Both the position numbers and the translations under genes were made by a program. A stretch of 64,000 bases of DNA from Desulfobacterales bacterium (lineage in GTDB: Bacteria > Desulfobacterota > Desulfobacteria > Desulfobacterales > UBA2174). The notes below the pieces were generated by a model, which saw only the letters and a list, made by a program, of their open reading frames with translations, did not search any database and was not told the origin of the DNA. The stretch is from NCBI GenBank assembly GCA_963668645.2, contig CAXXWC010000019.1, positions 192,001-256,000 on the forward strand, in the 5' to 3' direction. Positions 1-8,986 of the stretch are shown here, piece by piece (position 1 is the stretch's first letter; each line of letters starts with the position of its first letter).

Positions 1-901
1 CCCCGGCCGCTCCTGCCTTGAGCCCTTGCAGGTTCTGGACCTCGGCCGCCGGGCCGGTGCCGAAAAAGACGTACTGCGAAGGCTCGGCCGGGCCGTCCAC
101 GATCCGGGCCACGTCGCGCAGGTAGACCGGCCGGCCCCCGGAGACATGGACCACCACCCGGCCCACGTCCTGCGCATCCTGCAAGAAGCCGCCCACCTGC
201 ACCAGGATCTCACCCTGCGGGGACGGGAAACCGCCCGCGTCCGCGGCCATGTTGGCCGCGCAGAGCATATCGGCCACCCGGGCCGCATCCAGGCCCACGC
301 CGGCCAGGCGCAACGGATCGAACAGCACCCGCACCTGACGCCGCTGGCCGCCGATCAGCGAAGTGAGCGAGACGTTTGGTTCGCGCTTGACGATGTCCTC
401 GACTTCGGCCGCCACCCGCCGCAGGGTATAGTGGTCCTCAGCCTCGCTCCAGAAGGTCAGGGCCAATATCGGCACGTCGTCGATATAGCGCGGCTTGATC
501 AGCGGGGGGCTGACGTTGCACGGGATCCGGTCGGCGTTGGCCATGAGCTTGGACTGCAGCCGGACGATGGACTGCTCCTCGGGCTGCCCCACGTAAAAGC
601 GCACCACCACCATGGCCATCCCCGGACTGGAAGTGGAATAGACGTATTCCACCCCGGGAATTTCCCAGAGCAGCTTTTCCATCGGGCGGGTGACCCGCTG
701 TTCCACCTCGGCGGCGCTGGCCCCGGGCATGGTCACGAAGACGTCGATCATCGGCACGATAATCTGCGGCTCTTCTTCCCGGGGCAGGGCCGCCACGGCG
801 GCCATGCCGAGCAGGATGGCGGCCACCACGATAAGGGGGGTAAGCTTGGAATCGATGAAAGCCCGCGCCAGCTTTCCGGCCGTACCCAACTTCTGACTCA
901 T
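1..901 (-). CDS. AcrB/AcrD/AcrF-family RND efflux permease (5' part; runs off the window)
   Basis: Not in the ORF track. Manual translation from ATG 901, which overlaps the MFP stop (ATGA): [23 protein letters not shown]...[53 protein letters not shown], a typical RND N-terminus. Confidence 0.93.
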   Translation of the reverse strand, partial: MSQKLGTAGKLARAFIDSKLTPLIVVAAILLGMAAVAALPREEEPQIIVPMIDVFVTMPGASAAEVEQRVTRPMEKLLWEIPGVEYVYSTSSPGMAMVVVRFYVGQPEEQSIVRLQSKLMANADRIPCNVSPPLIKPRYIDDVPILALTFWSEAEDHYTLRRVAAEVEDIVKREPNVSLTSLIGGQRRQVRVLFDPLRLAGVGLDAARVADMLCAANMAADAGGFPSPQGEILVQVGGFLQDAQDVGRVVVHVSGGRPVYLRDVARIVDGPAEPSQYVFFGTGPAAEVQNLQGLKAGAAG

Positions 902-2061
902 GAGGCCTCCCGGATGCGGCATCCGTCCACCAGGTCAGACCCCGGGGCGGTCACGTAACGCTCGCCGTCGCTCAGTCCCGAAAGGATCTCCACCCGCCCC
1001 TCGGCCACCCGGCCGGTGCGCACCAGGCTGAAGTGGGCCGTGTCTTCGGCCCCGACCTTGAAGATGCCGGTCAACTGCCCCTGGTGCACCAGGGCCTGCT
1101 CGGGCACGCGCAGGATCGTCGTGCTGCCCACCGGTACCCAGACCCGCGCAAAGAGTCCGCTGCGCAACCCGTCCATGTCCGGCAGGCCCACCTTGACCAG
1201 GATGGTGCGTGTGGCGCTGTCGGCCGCCGGCATGATGGTTTCCACCGTCCCCGTGACCTGCTCCGGCCCGATGGCGGGCAGAACCACCGCGAGGGCTTGC
1301 CCTCCGGAAACCGCCCCAAGCCGGCTCTCGGGCAGGGTCAGGTCCACCCGATACCCCTCACGGGCCTCGATGGTCAGCAGGGGCCGGCCCGGAGCGGCCA
1401 GGTCCCCGGGTTCCACCAAACGGGCGGTGATCAGGCCGTCGAAAGGGGCCCGCAGTTCGGTGTCGGCCTGGGTGGCGCCGGCTGCCCGCAGGGCTGCACG
1501 GGCCTGGGCGACCTGCTGGTCGGCCGCTTCCAGCATCGCTTCGGCCTGGGCCAGAGCCGTATCGGCCGCTTCGGCGCGGGTGCGCACCTCGTCGATCTCC
1601 TGGGCGCTGACCGCCTCTCCCACCGCCAGGCGGCGAAAGCGGGCCAGGGTTGCCCGGGCCATCTCGGCCTGGACCCGGGCCCCGTTCCGGGCCGCCTCTG
1701 CCGCGGCGCGGGCCTTGAGCGCCGCCTCCACCCCGGCCCTGGCCTGATCGAAACCGGCATCGATCTGGGTCCGGGACAGGCTCACCAGCACGGCGTCACG
1801 GGCCACGTACCGGTTTTCCACGGCGTTGACCGACACCACCGTGCCCATCACCTTGGCCGCCAGGGTGCTCACCTGGCGGGCGCGCACCGTGCCTACAGCT
1901 TCGTAAAGGTCCGCCCGGGGTTCGATTCTGGCCACATCTGTGCTGGCCGTGACCGTTGCCGGCGCACCGGCCGGGGTGGTGCCCGGTGCGATCTTGTCGC
2001 CGCAGCCGGCCGCCAAAAGGGCCAGACCGGCCAGGAGAAGAAAGATCATTGGATGCCGCAT
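898..2061 (-). CDS. RND efflux periplasmic adaptor (MFP) lipoprotein
   Basis: Lipobox LAAGC, helical hairpin, [11 protein letters not shown] motif; lies between the TolC and RND genes. Confidence 0.93.
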   Translation of the reverse strand: MRHPMIFLLLAGLALLAAGCGDKIAPGTTPAGAPATVTASTDVARIEPRADLYEAVGTVRARQVSTLAAKVMGTVVSVNAVENRYVARDAVLVSLSRTQIDAGFDQARAGVEAALKARAAAEAARNGARVQAEMARATLARFRRLAVGEAVSAQEIDEVRTRAEAADTALAQAEAMLEAADQQVAQARAALRAAGATQADTELRAPFDGLITARLVEPGDLAAPGRPLLTIEAREGYRVDLTLPESRLGAVSGGQALAVVLPAIGPEQVTGTVETIMPAADSATRTILVKVGLPDMDGLRSGLFARVWVPVGSTTILRVPEQALVHQGQLTGIFKVGAEDTAHFSLVRTGRVAEGRVEILSGLSDGERYVTAPGSDLVDGCRIREAS

Positions 2062-2110
2062 GGAAGGTTCCTCTGGAATTTAAATGGCTGAAACAACCGG
2101 TGATGTCCGT

Positions 2111-3466
2111 TCAGTTATCGAGATCCTCGCTGATACGCCCGGCCGCCAGCAGCAGCCGCACCCGCGCGGTGCGGTAGTCGTGCACGGCCCGGAGCCGCTG
2201 CAAACGGGCCTGCTCCAGGGCTGTTTCGGCATCCAGCAGGTGGACCACGGTGAGCAGTCCGTTGCGGTAGCGCTGGGAGACGATGGCCAGGTTCTCTTCG
2301 GCCTGTTCCACTGCGGCCGCGGCCACGGCGATGCGCCGCCAGGCACTGCCGGCCTCCAGGCAGGCCTGGCGGGTCTCGACGCGGATACCGGTCTCCAACT
2401 CGCGCCGCTGGGCCTCGACCTCGCCCAGCAGCGCCCGGGCTTCACGGGTGCGGGCCACGTCACGGTAGCCGGAAAAGAGGTTCAACTCCACCATGGCCCC
2501 CAGGGTATAATTCTCCCCGCTCCCCTTGAACTTCTCACTGTCGATTTCATAGTCGCCGAAAAGGCTGAAACTCGGATGATGGGCCGCCCGGCTTTTGTCA
2601 AGTTCGGCTTGGGCGATGGCCTCCCGGCCGGCCAGGGCCCCCAGCTCCGGCCTGGCTGCCAGGGCCTCGGCCACCCACTCCTCCATGGAACGCTCCGGTC
2701 CCCGGCCCGGGGCCAGGGATTCGGCCGGCGCAAAAACCGACGCCGGCGCTTCCCCCATGGCGGCATTCAGATGAGCCGCAGCGATTTGCGCCTGGCTCTC
2801 GGCGCTGAGCAGCCGCTGATCGAGTTCGGCCCTGCGCACCCGGGCGCGCAACAAATCGCTCTTGACCACGAATCCGGCCTCGTAGCGTTCGCCGATCATC
2901 TCCAGGTGGGCCTGGGCCAGGGACAGAGCCTGCTCGATGGTCCGTCGCACCGCCAGGGCCAGCAGCCATCCGTCGTAAGCCGTGGCGGCATCCGCCATGG
3001 CCTGCTGGCGGGTGCGCAGCCCCATCTGCTCGGTCACCGCGGCTCCTTGCCGGGCCTGGTCCAGCCCGTAGCGGGTCCGCCCGCTGTCGTAGACGGACCA
3101 GCGGGCCGATAGAACGCTGGCAAAGTTGTCGATGGGATCCGGGTCGTTGAGAAGGTCCGGATCGAAATCCGAAGACGTGATGCGTTCCTGGTTGAGGCGG
3201 GTACCGAAGGCCCACATGGGGTTGGTGGTGGTGGAGAAGCGTTCGCTGAAAGAAAGCTGGGGCCAGAATCCGGAACGGGCCTGGGTGATACGCTCCCGGG
3301 CCGCCTCCCGGCGCTTGTCGGCCGCCTCCACCCGCGGATGTTGGTGTACGGCTCGGAGCACCGCTTCGGCCCGGGTCAGCGGAGGAATTCCGCCGGCCCA
3401 AGCGCCGGGAACCGCCGCTACAACGGCGCAGATCAAAAACAGACAGGAAAAGGGCAGGCAGCGCAT
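2111..3466 (-). CDS. TolC-family outer membrane efflux protein
   Basis: Signal peptide, two OEP repeats (ERYEAG, QRYRNGLLT..LLDAE). Start taken at ATG 3466. Confidence 0.92.
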   Translation of the reverse strand: MRCLPFSCLFLICAVVAAVPGAWAGGIPPLTRAEAVLRAVHQHPRVEAADKRREAARERITQARSGFWPQLSFSERFSTTTNPMWAFGTRLNQERITSSDFDPDLLNDPDPIDNFASVLSARWSVYDSGRTRYGLDQARQGAAVTEQMGLRTRQQAMADAATAYDGWLLALAVRRTIEQALSLAQAHLEMIGERYEAGFVVKSDLLRARVRRAELDQRLLSAESQAQIAAAHLNAAMGEAPASVFAPAESLAPGRGPERSMEEWVAEALAARPELGALAGREAIAQAELDKSRAAHHPSFSLFGDYEIDSEKFKGSGENYTLGAMVELNLFSGYRDVARTREARALLGEVEAQRRELETGIRVETRQACLEAGSAWRRIAVAAAAVEQAEENLAIVSQRYRNGLLTVVHLLDAETALEQARLQRLRAVHDYRTARVRLLLAAGRISEDLDN

Positions 3467-3621
3467 GCTTGCGGGGGCCTCCTTTGGTCTTGGGCCGCAG
3501 CGTACAACCAAGTACTAGCAGGATAGGTTACCGCGGCCGATTCGGCAAAACCCGCCGGTGGTCACAGATGCGAAAGCCGATGAAAAACAAGCCGTTGCAA
3601 CAGACTGGAATTAAGCCGGTA

Positions 3622-4197
3622 TCAGGCGGTGATCTTCTTCAGCAGCCAGGCCATGTTTTCTCCCAGAGTCTTCATGGCCGCCAGGCCCTCCGCGTCGTTT
3701 TCCACCTCGCCTTTCTCCCGGCCGAACCCCATGTTCCAGTAGGTCGAGCCGGGAACGATCATCTCGTTGATGGTGAAAAAATGATTGATCGAATCGAAGG
3801 TGTGCACCGCCCCGGCCCGCCGCGCGGCCACCACCGCGGCCCCGGCCTTGCGCTTGAGCATCATGCCGTTGGCCCGCGAAACCATCCCCGCCCGATCGAT
3901 GAGGGCCTTGATTTCCGGGGTCATGCAGGCGAAGTAGGTCGGCGAGCCGAGGATGATCCCGTCGGCTGCCACCATTCGATCGATGCACTCGTTGAGCATA
4001 TCCTTGTCCACCGAGCAGTGGCAGTCCTTGTTTTCGAAGCACTTGTAGCAGGCGATGCAGCCGTGAATCGACTTTCCGCCCACTTGGATCGTTTCAGTTT
4101 CAATGCCCTGGTTTTCGAGCACATCCAGAACATTACGGATCAAAAGCGAAGTGTTGCCGCCTTTTCTAGGGCTTCCGTTGAACGCGACGACTTTCAT
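3622..4197 (-). CDS. Iron-sulfur flavoprotein / NADPH-dependent FMN reductase (flavodoxin-like)
   Basis: MKVVAFNGSPRKGGNT, compact Cys motif CIACYKC..C, GIILGSPTYF; GGAG RBS before ATG 4197. Confidence 0.9.
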   Translation of the reverse strand: MKVVAFNGSPRKGGNTSLLIRNVLDVLENQGIETETIQVGGKSIHGCIACYKCFENKDCHCSVDKDMLNECIDRMVAADGIILGSPTYFACMTPEIKALIDRAGMVSRANGMMLKRKAGAAVVAARRAGAVHTFDSINHFFTINEMIVPGSTYWNMGFGREKGEVENDAEGLAAMKTLGENMAWLLKKITA

Positions 4198-4355
4198 GAC
4201 GCTTGGTTCTCCTTTCAGGGTTATCGGAAATGGCACTCCCCCTTTTAAATATCGTGCTATATAAGCACACCTCAGGCGCCTTTGCAAACCTTCAGAGTCC
4301 ACCATAAATCTTTACGCCTGCAGCCGGGTGGGCGGCTTGACCTGTACCGGCGGTT

Positions 4356-4385
4356 TTGCTATGCATTTTTATATCATTTTATAAT
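4356..4385 (+). promoter_or_regulatory. Putative sigma70 promoter (TTGCTA-N18-TATAAT)
   Basis: TTGCTA 4356-4361 and perfect TATAAT 4380-4385; the predicted start (~4391) coincides with the 5' end of the stem-loop. Confidence 0.5.
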
Positions 4386-4389
4386 CACA

Positions 4390-4490
4390 ACTGAAAGGAG
4401 CGATGCACTGCACCCCAGCGCCCCCATTCCCAGGAAAACGGAGGGGGGATTTTTTCCCGAGGGTAAGCAATGAGGTTGCTCGCTTTCAGT
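4390..4490 (+). ncRNA. Candidate structured leader or small RNA upstream of the alarmone synthetase
   Basis: Nested pairings ACTGAAAG/CTTTCAGT, GAGCGAT/GTTGCTC, CACTGC/GCAATG, ACCC/GGGT and an inner C5/G-run stem; no family recognised. Confidence 0.4.
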
Positions 4491-4537
4491 ACACCCGTGT
4501 AATTGTAAATTATTACCGATAATCTGATTGGTTCTCA

Positions 4538-5674
4538 ATGAAAAAAAAACAAAAAGAAAACATTATTATTTCCTTTCTTAAGGGAAAAGAGCGTTATAAA
4601 AAACTCGCAGAATATTTTATAAAACTTATTGAGAACGATCCTTCTTATCCCAAGGAGAGCCTTCACACAATAACTTTTCGGATTAAAAATGAATCGAGGC
4701 TTATTGAAAAAATTGAAAAGTACAATTCCGGTCTTGAGGATAATAAAAATGCCATCAGCGAAAAAGACTATCAATCAAGGATCAGTGACATACTGGGGCT
4801 TAGAATTATCTGCCTGCGTCTCTCGGACATAGCTATAATCAAATCCTATTTGGCCTTTTTTAAAGAAGAACAAATCCTGGATTTTATAAGTGGACCGGAT
4901 CCGAAAAGGTCATTCGTTCTTCCGATCAACCATGAAAAGTCCCTGCCCGACGGCGTTAATTTAGCCTATAGTGGATATTCATCAATACATTACATCATGA
5001 AGTTGGGAGACCGCGCCGAAGCCCATGCAGACTTGAAAGAGCTTACATTTGAACTCCAACTTAGAACTATACTCGAGGAGGCATGGGGTGAAATTGATCA
5101 CAAATACAGATATACTTATAGTAGAGTTGGGGTCACCCTACCCGAACACATACATGCAGGCTTTTACAATTTGAGCGCCTACCTGCAAGTTGCGGCACTT
5201 CAAGCCGAATATCTATGCCGTATGACAGAGACATACCGGAGTAGGAAAACAGATGAAAAGGCAGCACGGATTCAATTGGCGCAAAATGCGGATTTATCCG
5301 GCACGAAAAATAGCCAGGTTTCAACCGATATCGAGTTGGCAGAAATTGGCAAATTCCTGGATAACACCCTGAAAGTCAAGCTTTCGTCCAGAACATTGAA
5401 TTACATCGAAAAACGGATCAAAGAGATCAATTCTAAAGGAGAAAATTACAAACCACTCTATAAAATGCTAACAAAAAATAGAATATCATTATTCAAAAAG
5501 ATATTTAAAAACAGCATCGCCGAGAAACCATTTGAAAATGAATACAATAAAAATATCGATGTGATTAATTTGATCAATTTTTGCATATTTTATGAATTTG
5601 AAGGCAAGAGAATTGCCCAGGAAGGGTTAAGTACTGTTTTGAAATGGAGAAAAAAACGTTTAAGCAGTCAATGA
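4538..5674 (+). CDS. RelA/SpoT-domain small alarmone synthetase-like nucleotidyltransferase with C-terminal extension
   Basis: RIKNESRLIEK, DILGLRII, GYSSIHY, FELQLRTILEEAWGEIDHKYRY; markedly AT-rich. Confidence 0.88.
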   Translation: MKKKQKENIIISFLKGKERYKKLAEYFIKLIENDPSYPKESLHTITFRIKNESRLIEKIEKYNSGLEDNKNAISEKDYQSRISDILGLRIICLRLSDIAIIKSYLAFFKEEQILDFISGPDPKRSFVLPINHEKSLPDGVNLAYSGYSSIHYIMKLGDRAEAHADLKELTFELQLRTILEEAWGEIDHKYRYTYSRVGVTLPEHIHAGFYNLSAYLQVAALQAEYLCRMTETYRSRKTDEKAARIQLAQNADLSGTKNSQVSTDIELAEIGKFLDNTLKVKLSSRTLNYIEKRIKEINSKGENYKPLYKMLTKNRISLFKKIFKNSIAEKPFENEYNKNIDVINLINFCIFYEFEGKRIAQEGLSTVLKWRKKRLSSQ

Positions 5675-5718
5675 CTCAGGTTGTGCAAGAATCTAAAACC
5701 CATCTCATCCATTGAAAA

Positions 5719-5751
5719 TGGTCATATATGCTCATTGGTTAAATGTGACCA
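5719..5751. promoter_or_regulatory. Tandem palindromic boxes (TGGTCA-N4-TGACCA type), putative enhancer
   Basis: TGGTCATATATGCTCA 5719-5734 and TGGTTAAATGTGACCA 5736-5751, 17-bp period; same arrangement at 15692 and 43232. Confidence 0.7.
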
Positions 5752-5849
5752 GGTTTCCACGAGTTATTTTTTTGCCCCGCCAGCCGTCTCAAAGCTTGTT
5801 TCATTTGTAAATCAACACGATGCAGTATAAAAATCCAATGGTCAAGATT

Positions 5850-5864
5850 TGGCATAAAATTTGA
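5850..5864 (+). promoter_or_regulatory. Sigma54-like -24/-12 promoter (GG-N10-GA variant)
   Basis: TGGCATAAAATTTGA, 100 bp downstream of the box pair. Confidence 0.55.
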
Positions 5865-6014
5865 TTCATAGAACCCCCATAGGGGTTACCTTTCCTTACC
5901 AGAAAGACTTACGCCAAAGTGATGCGACCGCACGTTCACGGTCAAACAAGAAAATTAAATCGGCATAGACCAGAAGGCTTAAGTTAAGGTTGGCACTTCA
6001 TGGAGGTTACCATA

Positions 6015-6347
6015 ATGATTGTCATTAAAATCACCATGAACGTAATTCCAGGAAAACAACTGGAAATGATGCAAACCCTTATCTCCATGATCGAGCCGAC
6101 GGCAAAGGAGACGGGGTGCATAAGCTTCTGCGTTTTTTGCGATATCAAAGACAAAAACCGTTTCTGCCTGATAGAGGAGTGGAAAAGTCGCGAATACCTG
6201 GACCACCATATAGCGTCTCATCAATTCAGCGTTTTATTGGGAACAAAAGCGCTCTTATCCGAACCTTTGGAAACTCAAATTTTCACGATATCTCATTCAG
6301 AGGGAATGGATGCCATTCGTACGATTAGAAATAATATTAGGAGGTAA
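6015..6347 (+). CDS. Antibiotic biosynthesis monooxygenase (ABM)-family protein
   Basis: ETGCISF, LIEEWKSREYLDHH pattern; GGAGG RBS at 6002. Confidence 0.8.
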   Translation: MIVIKITMNVIPGKQLEMMQTLISMIEPTAKETGCISFCVFCDIKDKNRFCLIEEWKSREYLDHHIASHQFSVLLGTKALLSEPLETQIFTISHSEGMDAIRTIRNNIRR

Positions 6348-6350
6348 GTT

Positions 6351-7394
6351 ATGCCGGAATGGAGTCAACCCCCGCAGGAATCGATACCGACGCTAAAGGA
6401 CCTGCTGGAAAAAATTCAACAACAGTTTAAAAAGATTAAAGGCGTTCCAATCCTCATTCTCGTCGCCGGCATTGTGGTGGTGGTCTTATGGACCGCATGG
6501 TTCACCGTCCAACCTGAAGAAACCGGCATTGTTCAACGCTTCGGCAAGGTCATGCGCACGGCCGGACCGGGGCTGCATTTCAAATTGCCTTATGGCATCG
6601 AAAAGGTCCAGCTGCTGCCCACAGCTCGCGTGCTCAAAGAGGAATTCGGTTTTCGAACGGTGTCTACCGTTCCCGGGGAAAAGACCCGCTATGATACGGG
6701 CAGTACTTACAAGGACGAGTCGCTGATGCTTACCGGAGATCTGAATGTCATCGATGTCCAATGGATCATACAGTACCGGATCGAAGATCCAATCCGCTAC
6801 CTGTTTCAGGTTCGCGATACATCGAAAACGATCCGCGACACCACCGAGGCGGTCATGCGCCGGGCGGTCGGCAACCGCCTGGGCAGCGATGTGCTGACCA
6901 CCGGGCGGGTAGCGGTGGCCAGCGAAGCCAAAACCGAAATTCAGAAAATCCTGACATCCTACGAGTCCGGCGTGCGTCTGGTTACGGTGGAGCTGCAGGA
7001 CGTAACCCCGCCGGATACGGTTAAACCGGCTTTCAATGAAGTCAACGAATCGCGCCAGGACAAAGAACAAACGATCAATAAAGCCCAGGAGCAGGCCAAC
7101 CGTGAAATCCCCAAAGCCCGGGGCGTGGCGGCGCAAAGCATCAGCAAGGCCGAAGGTTACGCACTGGAACGTATAAACCGGGCCCAAGGGGAGGCCACCC
7201 GGTTCGAGGCCATTTTAGGCCAATACCAGCAGGCGCCCCAGGTAACCCGCCGGCGCCTGTACCTGGAGGCCATGACCGGTTTTCTATCTGACATGAAAGG
7301 GCTTTATATCGTAGATCAGGACCAAAAGGCGATGGTGCCCTGGCTCCCATTGGATTCCGCTAAGCAACCATCAGCCCAGGGGAGGCAGCCATGA
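6351..7394 (+). CDS. hflK: FtsH protease modulator HflK
   Basis: TM + SPFH domain (RFGK, PGLHFKLPYGIE, MLTGDLN, TRRRLYLE). Confidence 0.93.
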   Translation: MPEWSQPPQESIPTLKDLLEKIQQQFKKIKGVPILILVAGIVVVVLWTAWFTVQPEETGIVQRFGKVMRTAGPGLHFKLPYGIEKVQLLPTARVLKEEFGFRTVSTVPGEKTRYDTGSTYKDESLMLTGDLNVIDVQWIIQYRIEDPIRYLFQVRDTSKTIRDTTEAVMRRAVGNRLGSDVLTTGRVAVASEAKTEIQKILTSYESGVRLVTVELQDVTPPDTVKPAFNEVNESRQDKEQTINKAQEQANREIPKARGVAAQSISKAEGYALERINRAQGEATRFEAILGQYQQAPQVTRRRLYLEAMTGFLSDMKGLYIVDQDQKAMVPWLPLDSAKQPSAQGRQP

Positions 7395-8374
7395 AACTTC
7401 ACTTGAAGTCCGTAATCCTTGCGATGGCAGTGGTAATCGTTATCGTACTCCAAAGTGGCCTCTACTCGTTGGAAGAGGGTATGCAGGCGATTGTGGTGCA
7501 GTTTGGCCGGCCTGTCGGGGAACCGGTAACCGAGGCGGGACTGCACATGAAACTGCCCTTTGTGCAGGAAGTCCGGCGATTCGAAAAGCGCCTGCTGGTC
7601 TGGGACGGTGATCCGAACCAGGTTCCCACCAAGGGACGAGAGTTCATTTGGGTGGATACCACCGCCAGATGGCGGATTGCCGATGCCAAAAAATTCTTGG
7701 AGAATGTGGCCAGCGAAGAAGGAGCCCAATCGCGCCTGAACGATATTCTCGATTCGGTGGTGCGCGACCAGGTGTCGAGCAGCGAACTCGTGGAACTCGT
7801 GCGCAGCGCCTCGTGGGAAGCGCCCAAGGATGAAGCGCTGAAGGAGATCCCGAAGGAACGTGAAGAGGAGCTTAAAAGGGAGATTGCCCGCGGCAGGGAG
7901 GAAATCACCCGAACGATCCTCACCGAGGCCCAGAAGATCATTCCACAATACGGCATCGAGCTGGTGGATCTGCGCATTAAACGCCTTGATTACGTGGAAA
8001 GCGTTCGCGAAAAAGTCTATGATCGCATGATTTCCGAGCGCAAGCGCATCGCCGCCCAGTTCCGCTCCGAAGGCGAGGGACGCAGTGCCGAGATCCTTGG
8101 CACAATGGAAAAAGAGCTGCGCCAGATCCGCTCGACCGCTTACCGCCGGGTGCAGGAGGTCCAAGGCCAAGCCGACGCCGAGGCTACACAGATCTATGGC
8201 CAAGCGTACAATAAAAATCCGGAATTCTACGCCTTTTTGCGCACCCTTGAAAGCTACAAGGAAAATACCAATCCAAACTCCGTATTGATTCTCACCACGG
8301 ACAGCGATTTCTATCGATATATCAAGCAGGCGAGTCCCGAAGAAGCTCAGGGGCGGCCCGTGCCTGCCCGTTGA
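7391..8374 (+). CDS. hflC: FtsH protease modulator HflC
   Basis: QFGRP, GLHMKLPFVQ, RMISERKRIA, PEFYAFLRTLESY; ATGA overlap with hflK. Confidence 0.93.
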   Translation: MKLHLKSVILAMAVVIVIVLQSGLYSLEEGMQAIVVQFGRPVGEPVTEAGLHMKLPFVQEVRRFEKRLLVWDGDPNQVPTKGREFIWVDTTARWRIADAKKFLENVASEEGAQSRLNDILDSVVRDQVSSSELVELVRSASWEAPKDEALKEIPKEREEELKREIARGREEITRTILTEAQKIIPQYGIELVDLRIKRLDYVESVREKVYDRMISERKRIAAQFRSEGEGRSAEILGTMEKELRQIRSTAYRRVQEVQGQADAEATQIYGQAYNKNPEFYAFLRTLESYKENTNPNSVLILTTDSDFYRYIKQASPEEAQGRPVPAR

Positions 8375-8446
8375 CCTTATCCGACACATTTAAAGAACGA
8401 ACAGCCCGGGAAAATACAGACAACATCAACCAGCGAGGAGTGATTC

Positions 8447-8797
8447 ATGAAACAGGAAACCGAAAGTAAAATCAAGTATGGCATCTGGGGGCTTGTATGT
8501 GGAGCCGTTATCTCAATGATCATTGGTTTCGGATGGGGGGGGTGGTCAACAGCATCGGCGACTCAAAAGGTGACCGAAAACGCAATTCTGGAAAGTCAAA
8601 CGGCGATCTGTGTCGCCCAATTCGTGGCGGACCCCGCCCACGCAGAAAAACTTGCGAAACTGAAAGAAATCGACAGCTGGAAAAGGTATGAATTTATTGA
8701 AAAGGGTGGCTGGGATAAAATGCCCGGACAGGAGAAAGCAGGTTATGGTGTCGCCCGAGCCTGCACGGATGAGATTGAACTGCTGATTAAAGAGTAA
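8447..8797 (+). CDS. Membrane-anchored hypothetical protein (GFGWGGW motif, two Cys after the TM)
   Basis: GAGGAG RBS, N-terminal TM, operonic position. Confidence 0.75.
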   Translation: MKQETESKIKYGIWGLVCGAVISMIIGFGWGGWSTASATQKVTENAILESQTAICVAQFVADPAHAEKLAKLKEIDSWKRYEFIEKGGWDKMPGQEKAGYGVARACTDEIELLIKE

Positions 8798-8877
8798 GAT
8801 GGGCAGTCAAAGGCAAATCCTACCCGATATCTGAGAATTGGTGGTCTCCTTTTCACGGATTCCGCCAATTCCGGATT

Positions 8878-8922
8878 CCGCGGGTTATTCCCGTTGACAA
8901 TATCAAAGGGAATAACCCGCGG
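8878..8922. repeat. Perfect 15-bp inverted repeat upstream of ftsH
   Basis: CCGCGGGTTATTCCC (8878-8892) / GGGAATAACCCGCGG (8908-8922), 15-nt loop. Confidence 0.85.
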
Positions 8923-8986
8923 GCCACAAGCCGTTACCATGCCGGTCTGATCGGCGCACCTGGACTCAAAACACAGGAAATCAGAA

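Noticed and set aside
26..3526. Long plus-strand ORFs (26..958, 1033..2091, 2084..3112)
   Set aside because: Antisense shadows of the GC-rich RND/MFP/TolC genes, with no motifs of their own.
4390..4490. Stem-loop as SRP RNA, tRNA, retron ncRNA or ykkC riboswitch
   Set aside because: No SRP domain IV motif, cloverleaf or ykkC core, and no reverse transcriptase in the window.
8893..8907. FNR/CRP box in the hairpin loop
   Set aside because: TTGAC-N3-ATCAA is one base short of the canonical spacing.
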